Under the pieces are notes generated by a model, which was given only the letters and a program-made list of their open reading frames with translations, searched no databases and had not been told where the DNA came from. 64,000 nucleotides of DNA. Origin: an uncultured Desulfospira sp. (GTDB lineage Bacteria > Desulfobacterota > Desulfobacteria > Desulfobacterales > Desulfobacteraceae). Shown piece by piece: positions 57,870 to 64,000 of this stretch (positions are counted from its first letter, which is position 1; each line of letters begins with the position of its first letter). The position numbers and the translations under genes are program-made. Location: contig OY760175.1 of NCBI GenBank assembly GCA_963663165.1, positions 5,728,001 through 5,792,000 on the forward strand, read 5' to 3'.

Positions 57870-59030
57870 TTGGTATTGAGACTGTTAATTAAAATTTTGC
57901 TGCCGGTTTGCCTGATTGCTGCCGGGGTGGCCGGATTTAAGTACTATGAGTCCCAGAAAGTGAAGATGAAACGCAAACCCCCCAGGCAGCAGATGTCTGT
58001 GGTGGATACGGTGAGTGTGATGCCCGGTACCCACGAAACCCTGGTCCAGGCCATGGGCACGGTGGTTCCGGACCGGACCGTGGTCCTTAAGGCCCGGGTG
58101 GCAGGGGAAGTGGTCTGGACGGCGCCCGGGTTTGTTGAGGGCGGCCTGGTGAAAAAAGGGGAAACCCTGGTCCGGCTGGACGATACCGATTACCGGCTGG
58201 AAATGGAAAAGGCCCAGAATGCCCTGGATAAAGCCCTGGCCGATTTTGATATTGAAAAGGGGCAGCAGCAGATTGCCATAGAAGAATTAAAAATTATTAC
58301 CAAACTCTCCCCTGAGGGGATCGGCTCCACGGATCTGGCCTTGAGAAAACCCCAGCTGGCCCAGGCAAAGGCGGCGGTGGCCGGGGCCAAAACCGATCTT
58401 GAAAAGACTCGGCTGGATTTGAGCCGGACCCGGATTGTCTCTCCGTTCAATGCCCTGGTTCTGGAAAAAAATGTGGAAACCGGGTCTCTGGCCGCCGTTC
58501 AAGGGACCCTGGCCACCCTGGTGAATGTGGATATCTACCGGGTGGAAGCCCGGGTTCCCTTAGACCGGCTTTCTGTTTTAAATTTTGACGGGAAACAGGG
58601 CAGCGAGGCTTTGGTTTTTTCCGAAAATGAGACCCGCAGCCGGGCCGGCCGGGTGGTCAGGGCCACGGGCAGCATCACCGGCGAGGGCCGCATGGCCGGG
58701 GTGATTATTGAGGTGGCTGACCCCCTATGGCTTGATAAAGGGCATCCTGACCCGGGGCTGCTGCTGGACGATCATGTCACGGTCCGGATTACAGGAAAGG
58801 CCTTTGAAAATGTCTATCCCCTGGCCCGGTCCCTGATCCGGGAGGGCGGCACGGTCTGGATATACGATGCCGGGAAGCTTAAAATCAAAACCGTCGACAT
58901 TGTCTGGAAGGAAACCGACCGGGTGTTTGTCCGGTCAGGCCTGAACCCCGGAGACCAGGTGATTTCTTCAGAACTTCCGGCCCCGGTTGAGGGCATGCCC
59001 ATTCAACTGGCCCAGGGAGAAAAGTCGTGA
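57870..59030 (+). CDS. RND efflux membrane fusion protein
   Basis: VAGEV, VKKGETLVRLD, LALRKPQL, IVSPFNA. Confidence 0.9.
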   Translation: MVLRLLIKILLPVCLIAAGVAGFKYYESQKVKMKRKPPRQQMSVVDTVSVMPGTHETLVQAMGTVVPDRTVVLKARVAGEVVWTAPGFVEGGLVKKGETLVRLDDTDYRLEMEKAQNALDKALADFDIEKGQQQIAIEELKIITKLSPEGIGSTDLALRKPQLAQAKAAVAGAKTDLEKTRLDLSRTRIVSPFNALVLEKNVETGSLAAVQGTLATLVNVDIYRVEARVPLDRLSVLNFDGKQGSEALVFSENETRSRAGRVVRATGSITGEGRMAGVIIEVADPLWLDKGHPDPGLLLDDHVTVRITGKAFENVYPLARSLIREGGTVWIYDAGKLKIKTVDIVWKETDRVFVRSGLNPGDQVISSELPAPVEGMPIQLAQGEKS

Positions 59031-62000
59031 CCGCCCAAATTCAGGACACAGAATCCCGGGGACCCATTGCCTGGATGGCCGGCAATTCCGTGGCGGCCAA
59101 CCTGCTCATGGCCGCTTTGCTGGTGGGCGGCCTTTTCGTGGGCCTTTCCATTAAACAGGAGGTTTTTCCTGAATTTGACCTGGACAGGGTCAGTATCTCC
59201 ATTTCCTATCCCGGGGCCAGTCCCGAGGAGGTGGAAAACGGCATTATCCTGGCCGTGGAAGAGGCGGTCCAGGATTTGGAAGGCATAGACGAAATTACGG
59301 CCACAGCGTCGGAAGGGTCTGCCTTCATTGTGGTGGAAGCTCTGGAAGGAACGGAAATCAACCGGCTGTGGCAGGAGGTTAAAGCGGAGGTGGACCGGAT
59401 CGGAACCTTCCCCGATGAGGCCGAAGACCCTGTGGTCACCATTGCGGCCAGGAAGCGGGAAGTGGTCCGCCTGGCCCTGCACGGGGATGCGCCGGAAACC
59501 ACCATGCGGGAGCTGGCCGACCAGATCCGGGATGAACTGCTCCTGAACAAGGACATCACCCAGGTGGAGCTTGAAGGGGTCCGGGACCGGGAGATTCACG
59601 TGGAGTTTTCCAGTACCACCCTGAGGCGGTACGGCCTGACCCTGGATGATGTGGCCCAGGCCATTTCAAAGGCTTCCGTGGAGTTAGGGGGCGGTACCAT
59701 TAAATCCAAGAGCGGGGATATTCTGCTCCGGGTCAAGGACCGGAAGGATTTTGCCCTTCAGTACGCCAAGCTGCCCATCATTACCGGAGAGGACGGCACC
59801 AAAATTCTTCTGGAGGATATCGCAACGGTCAGCGAAGGATTTGAGGAGTCGGAACACTGGGCCTCTTTTGACGGCAAACGGGCCGTGACCATTGCCGTAT
59901 ACCGGGTGGGCGACCAGACCCCGACCCAGGTGGCCAAAGCCACCAAAGAAGCAGTCCAGAATATTGACGCATCTCTGCCTCAGGGGGTAGGGCTGGACAT
60001 TGTCCGTGACATGTCCAAGGTATTTGCCCAGCGGGCGGACCTGCTGCTCCGGAACGCCTACCTGGGGCTGGGGCTGGTGTTTTTCTTTCTGGCGTTATTC
60101 CTGGAAATCCGGCTGGCCTTCTGGGTGAGCCTTGGTATTCCTATTTCTTTTCTGGGCTCTTTTCTGCTGCTGGCCCCCACCGCCTTTTCCATTAACATGA
60201 TCAGCATGTTTGCCTTTATCGTGACCTTGGGAATCGTGGTGGACGATGCCGTGGTGGTGGGAGAAAATGTCCACTATTACCGGGGCCAGGGCCTGTCCTT
60301 TCTGGACGCCGCCATAAAGGGTGCCCGGGACATTGCCGTGCCTGTGGTGTTCAGCGTGATCACCAATATGGTGACCTTTGTTCCGTTGATGTTTATTCCA
60401 GGCATCATGGGAAAGATTTTCAAGACCATTCCCTTTGTGGTGATTGCCGTGTTTGCCGTCTCCCTTGTGGAAAGCCTGTTTATCCTGCCGGCCCATCTGA
60501 GCCATCAAAAACGGCATACGTTTTTTCCCTTGAATGTGCTTGAAAAATGGCAGGGCGCATTTTCCCGGGGATTTGAAACCCTGGTCAAAAACGTGTACGG
60601 TACGGTTCTGCTAAGGGTTTTAGAGTTCCGGTATGCCATGATCAGCCTTGGCATTGCCTTGCTGCTGGTGACGGCCGGGTATGTGGCTTCCGGAAAAATG
60701 GGCATGGTCATGTTTCCCAAAGCCGAGTCTGATTATGCCTACTGTGAGGCCGAACTCCCCTATGGCACGCCTGAAAGCCGGCTAAGGGAGATTGAAAAGA
60801 CCCTGGTGGACCAGGCCGTGAAAGTGGTGGCGCAAAACGGGGGGCAAACCCTGTCCACAGGGATTTTTTCCCAGGTGAAAGACAACCAGGTCACGGCCCG
60901 GATTTATTTGACCGATCCCGGGGTCAGGCCCAAAAGCACCGAAGAAGTCACCCGGGTCTGGCGGGAAAAAGTAGGCCGGGTCCCCGGGCTTGAAACCATT
61001 TCATTTGAGTCCAACCGGGGCGGCCCCGGCTCCGGAAAGAACCTGACGGTAAGCTTGAGCCACCGGAACCAGGCCACCCTGGAAAGGGCAGGGCAGGACC
61101 TGGCAGAGAGTCTTGACGAGTACGCCATTGTCCATGATATTGACGACGGATCTGCCAAGGGAAAACGGCAGTTTGACATTACCTTGACCGAGGCCGGTAA
61201 GCGCATGGGCTTAACCTCCCGGGAGGTGGCAAGCCAGGTTCGGTACGCCTTTCAGGGGGTGGAGGCGGTCAAGAACCAGCGGGGCAGAAACGAGGTAACG
61301 GTCCGGGTCAGGCTCAGCAAGGAAGAACGGGGATCAGAGGCCACCTTTGAAGACCTGGTCCTCCAGGCCCCTGAAGGGGAAATCCTGCTCAGGGACGCAG
61401 TTAAAACCATAAAGGGGCGGGCCTATACCAGTATTGAACGAACCAACGGGAAACGGGAAATCCAGGTGACGGCCAATGTCCGTCCCCAGTCCCAGGCCGA
61501 CAATGTGATCCGGGATATGAAAGAGCAGATCCTGCCCGATCTGGTCAGTCGGTATCCCGGCCTGTCCTATGATTTCAAAGGAAGGCAGGCCGAGATCAAG
61601 GAGAGCGTCACCGCCCTGATCAAGGGGCTCGGACTTGCCCTGCTCTGTGTGTTTGCCCTGCTGGCCGTGCCCTTTAAAAGTTATCTTCAGCCCTTTATCA
61701 TTATGTTCTGTGTTCCCTTTGGCATGATCGGGGCCATTTTCGGCCACATCCTCATGGGATATTCTTTGTCCGTAATGAGCCTGTTCGGCCTGGTGGCCAT
61801 GTCCGGGGTGGTGGTCAACGATTCATTGGTCCTCATCGATTTTGCGAACCGGCGGATCAGAGAGGGCATGCCGGTGGTTTTTGCGGTCCAGGCCGCGGGA
61901 ATCCAGCGGTTTCGTCCCATTCTTTTGACCACCTTGACCACCTGCGGCGGCCTTGCCCCCATCATTACGGAAACCTCAAGACAGGCCAAATTCCTGATTC

Positions 62001-62113
62001 CCATGGCCATCTCCCTGGGGTTCGGCATTCTGTTTGCCACGGTGATTACCCTGCTGATGGTGCCCTGTCTTTATTTGATTTTGGAGGATCTTAAGGCGCT
62101 TTTTGAAGGATGA
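59027..62113 (+). CDS. RND efflux permease (AcrB/CzcA superfamily)
   Basis: YPGASPEEVE, GIVVDDAVVVGEN, RFRPILLTTLTT. Confidence 0.94.
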   Translation: MTAQIQDTESRGPIAWMAGNSVAANLLMAALLVGGLFVGLSIKQEVFPEFDLDRVSISISYPGASPEEVENGIILAVEEAVQDLEGIDEITATASEGSAFIVVEALEGTEINRLWQEVKAEVDRIGTFPDEAEDPVVTIAARKREVVRLALHGDAPETTMRELADQIRDELLLNKDITQVELEGVRDREIHVEFSSTTLRRYGLTLDDVAQAISKASVELGGGTIKSKSGDILLRVKDRKDFALQYAKLPIITGEDGTKILLEDIATVSEGFEESEHWASFDGKRAVTIAVYRVGDQTPTQVAKATKEAVQNIDASLPQGVGLDIVRDMSKVFAQRADLLLRNAYLGLGLVFFFLALFLEIRLAFWVSLGIPISFLGSFLLLAPTAFSINMISMFAFIVTLGIVVDDAVVVGENVHYYRGQGLSFLDAAIKGARDIAVPVVFSVITNMVTFVPLMFIPGIMGKIFKTIPFVVIAVFAVSLVESLFILPAHLSHQKRHTFFPLNVLEKWQGAFSRGFETLVKNVYGTVLLRVLEFRYAMISLGIALLLVTAGYVASGKMGMVMFPKAESDYAYCEAELPYGTPESRLREIEKTLVDQAVKVVAQNGGQTLSTGIFSQVKDNQVTARIYLTDPGVRPKSTEEVTRVWREKVGRVPGLETISFESNRGGPGSGKNLTVSLSHRNQATLERAGQDLAESLDEYAIVHDIDDGSAKGKRQFDITLTEAGKRMGLTSREVASQVRYAFQGVEAVKNQRGRNEVTVRVRLSKEERGSEATFEDLVLQAPEGEILLRDAVKTIKGRAYTSIERTNGKREIQVTANVRPQSQADNVIRDMKEQILPDLVSRYPGLSYDFKGRQAEIKESVTALIKGLGLALLCVFALLAVPFKSYLQPFIIMFCVPFGMIGAIFGHILMGYSLSVMSLFGLVAMSGVVVNDSLVLIDFANRRIREGMPVVFAVQAAGIQRFRPILLTTLTTCGGLAPIITETSRQAKFLIPMAISLGFGILFATVITLLMVPCLYLILEDLKALFEG

Positions 62114-62117
62114 AAAG

Positions 62118-62181
62118 GCGATAGCGGGAGGGATGGGGTGGCCTCCGTCGCTATCGCTATCGGGATCGCTATCGCTATCGA
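62118..62181. repeat. Hexamer (CGCTAT/CGGGAT) repeat with a GCGATAGCG inverse arm
   Basis: GCGATAGCG ... CGCTATCGCTATCGGGATCGCTATCGCTATCG directly after the RND gene. Confidence 0.65.
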
Positions 62182-62395
62182 AAAAGATAAAAAGAACATT
62201 CTGGCATAAACGGGGTTTAGCCATGCCCGTGTCTGTCCGTATTTTCCCCTTTTCCACATATTTGCAGTAGGTATCGCTTTTTGTAAGGGTATTTTAGGCC
62301 TAACCAAATTTGAATTTGAATATTTTCCCAAAGTCGGTTATTTAATTAAGGTTCGACCCTTAGGATAACTCATTAAAATCATTAAGGAGGAGCCC

Positions 62396-63472
62396 GTGAA
62401 AACAATAAAATCGCTTATTTTAATAGGGATCATGGTAACCGGAATCGCAGTCCCATGGGCTGGGGCAGGGTTTACGGTAGGCCATGAGCATACGGATCTG
62501 TCACAGATTCCCGATGAATGGATTGATGCCGCTAAAGAAAATTTACAGATTGCCTATAACCACACCTCCCATGGCAGCCAGATTATTACGGGCTTAAACG
62601 CCCTTGAGAACTATCCGGCTTTTGGGGATAAATACAACTGGACTGACACGGAAAACTATGACACTGACAGCTTGAGCCTTGATAATAATGGTATTCCGGG
62701 TGAAGCCGATCTGAGCCAGGGCGATGTGGACTCAGATTCCGACGGGGTTGCAGACTGGGCAGAAGACACCTATGCCTATTTGACGGCAAAAGAGGGCGAT
62801 GGCAGTTATACCCACGATGAAATCAACGTCGTCATGTGGTCCTGGTGCAGCATTGCCGGCCATAATATCAACCGTTACTTAAACAGCATGGAATGGCTTA
62901 TCGCACAGTTCAGTGAGGGGGGAAGCGATGCCCGGGCCGCTGTTCATCCGGTTCAGTTTGTGTTTATGACCGGCCATGCCGAGGGGGGCGGGGAAGGGGA
63001 TTCTTCGGACAGCCGGAATGAAGTGATCAGGGCTCATTGTACGGCAAATGACCGGATACTCTTTGATTTTTCCGATATTGAAAATTATGATCCGGACGGC
63101 AACTATTTTCTGGATAAGAACGTAACCGATGCGTTGTACTATGATCTTATGGGTTCCCATGACGCCAATTGGGCATCGGACTACCTGGACCGCCATCTAT
63201 GGGAGGAACTGGCCTTGCTTACCCACGGGGTGGATGGGTACAGTGGGTGCAGTTCCTGTGCCCATTCAGACGGGCCTGACAATGATGCCCGGCTCAACTG
63301 TGTTCTCAAAGGCCGGGCCGCCTGGTACCTGTTCGCCCGCCTGGCCGGATGGTCGGGGTGTATTCAGGATATAGACGAAGACGTGGACGTGGACGGCGAA
63401 GACCTGGCCGCCTTTGCCCAGGATTTTTCTTTAAGCTGCCTGGAGGAAATGGCCCAGGCATTTGGAAATTAA
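62396..63472 (+). CDS. Secreted hypothetical protein with C-terminal dockerin-like motif
   Basis: RBS AAGGAGG with GTG start; signal peptide; YNHTSHGSQI, MWSWC, LFDFSDIE; DIDEDVDVDGEDL. Confidence 0.8.
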   Translation: MKTIKSLILIGIMVTGIAVPWAGAGFTVGHEHTDLSQIPDEWIDAAKENLQIAYNHTSHGSQIITGLNALENYPAFGDKYNWTDTENYDTDSLSLDNNGIPGEADLSQGDVDSDSDGVADWAEDTYAYLTAKEGDGSYTHDEINVVMWSWCSIAGHNINRYLNSMEWLIAQFSEGGSDARAAVHPVQFVFMTGHAEGGGEGDSSDSRNEVIRAHCTANDRILFDFSDIENYDPDGNYFLDKNVTDALYYDLMGSHDANWASDYLDRHLWEELALLTHGVDGYSGCSSCAHSDGPDNDARLNCVLKGRAAWYLFARLAGWSGCIQDIDEDVDVDGEDLAAFAQDFSLSCLEEMAQAFGN

Positions 63473-63589
63473 ATCGGGGGTTGCATTATCCGGTTTTGTT
63501 CAACAATGAACCAGACGGGTTGATTTTCTTTAAAACGGGAAAACAACCCGTTTGCTTTTGAAATGACGGTCTGATAAAAGACAACTCCC

Positions 63590-64000
63590 ATGGACCAGGA
63601 AAAACAACAGCGAAGATATGAAGACCAGGCCAGGATGCTGGCCAACCGGGTCAAGAAAAAGTACCACCACCTGCGCAAACGGTATGCCCGGCAGAATCTG
63701 GAGGTATTCAGGCTCTATGACTGGGATATCCCTGAGATTCGGGCCGTGGTGGACTGGTATGCCGGCCATCTGGTCATTGGGGAGTATGCCAGAAAGCAGT
63801 CCACCCCGGACTGGCTTCCCCTCATGGGTGAGGCTGTGGCCAATGCCCTGGACGTTCCCCCAAGCCGGCTTCACCTTAAGGTCCGGAAAGCCGGGGTTAA
63901 AGAGGGAAAACGGTATGAGCGGCTCAACCATACCAACCTGATGATTCCCATGAAGGAGCGGGATCTGCAATTTTACGTCAATCCCAGCGATTACGTGGAC
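63590..64000 (+). CDS. Class I SAM-dependent methyltransferase, RlmK-like (runs off the window)
   Basis: Open frame from ATG 63590: MLANRVKKKYHHLRK...FRLYDWDIPE..VDWY...FYVNPSDYVD; absent from the ORF track because it has no stop in the window. Confidence 0.78.
   Translation, partial: MDQEKQQRRYEDQARMLANRVKKKYHHLRKRYARQNLEVFRLYDWDIPEIRAVVDWYAGHLVIGEYARKQSTPDWLPLMGEAVANALDVPPSRLHLKVRKAGVKEGKRYERLNHTNLMIPMKERDLQFYVNPSDYVD

Noticed and set aside
63530..63970. ORFs 63530-63970 (-) and 63618-63941 (+)
   Set aside because: They overlap the RlmK-like frame starting at 63590, which has recognisable motifs.
1..64000. Numerous short antisense or overlapping ORFs in the six-frame track
   Set aside because: They are shadows of well-supported genes in GC-rich DNA or translations of simple repeats, with no motifs.

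Overview
A 64 kb chromosomal window from a moderately GC-rich anaerobic bacterium. Gene content suggests a Desulfobacteraceae-type sulfate reducer (inference). It carries housekeeping and accessory genes: two thioesterases, rhomboid, FAH, a MocR/DUF2917 divergon, a zraP-zraSR-like locus, tyrA, a YnjBCD-like ABC transporter with a phosphotransferase, an orphan flagellin, menA with an ABC importer, trpB2, cysteine desulfurase, nitroreductase, an RND efflux operon, three secreted proteins with dockerin-like motifs, and a partial RlmK-like methyltransferase. The strongest candidate for a new system is the sigma54-linked heterodisulfide-reductase cluster at about 18.3-36 kb. There, one HdrA carries an intact phospho-receiver (REC) domain inside the enzyme, and the cluster contains three histidine kinases but no DNA-binding response regulator. 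This suggests direct phosphorylation control of a flavin/Fe-S electron-transfer complex. The second candidate is an unexplained array of three ~90-bp two-hairpin units with variable, still self-complementary interiors (17482-17754), next to a decayed toxin-antitoxin pair. Also present are a solitary integron-type gene cassette, MITE/REP-like elements and many intergenic hepta/octamer palindromic repeats. No rRNA, tRNA, CRISPR array or transposase was recognised. All calls were made by eye, without database searches.
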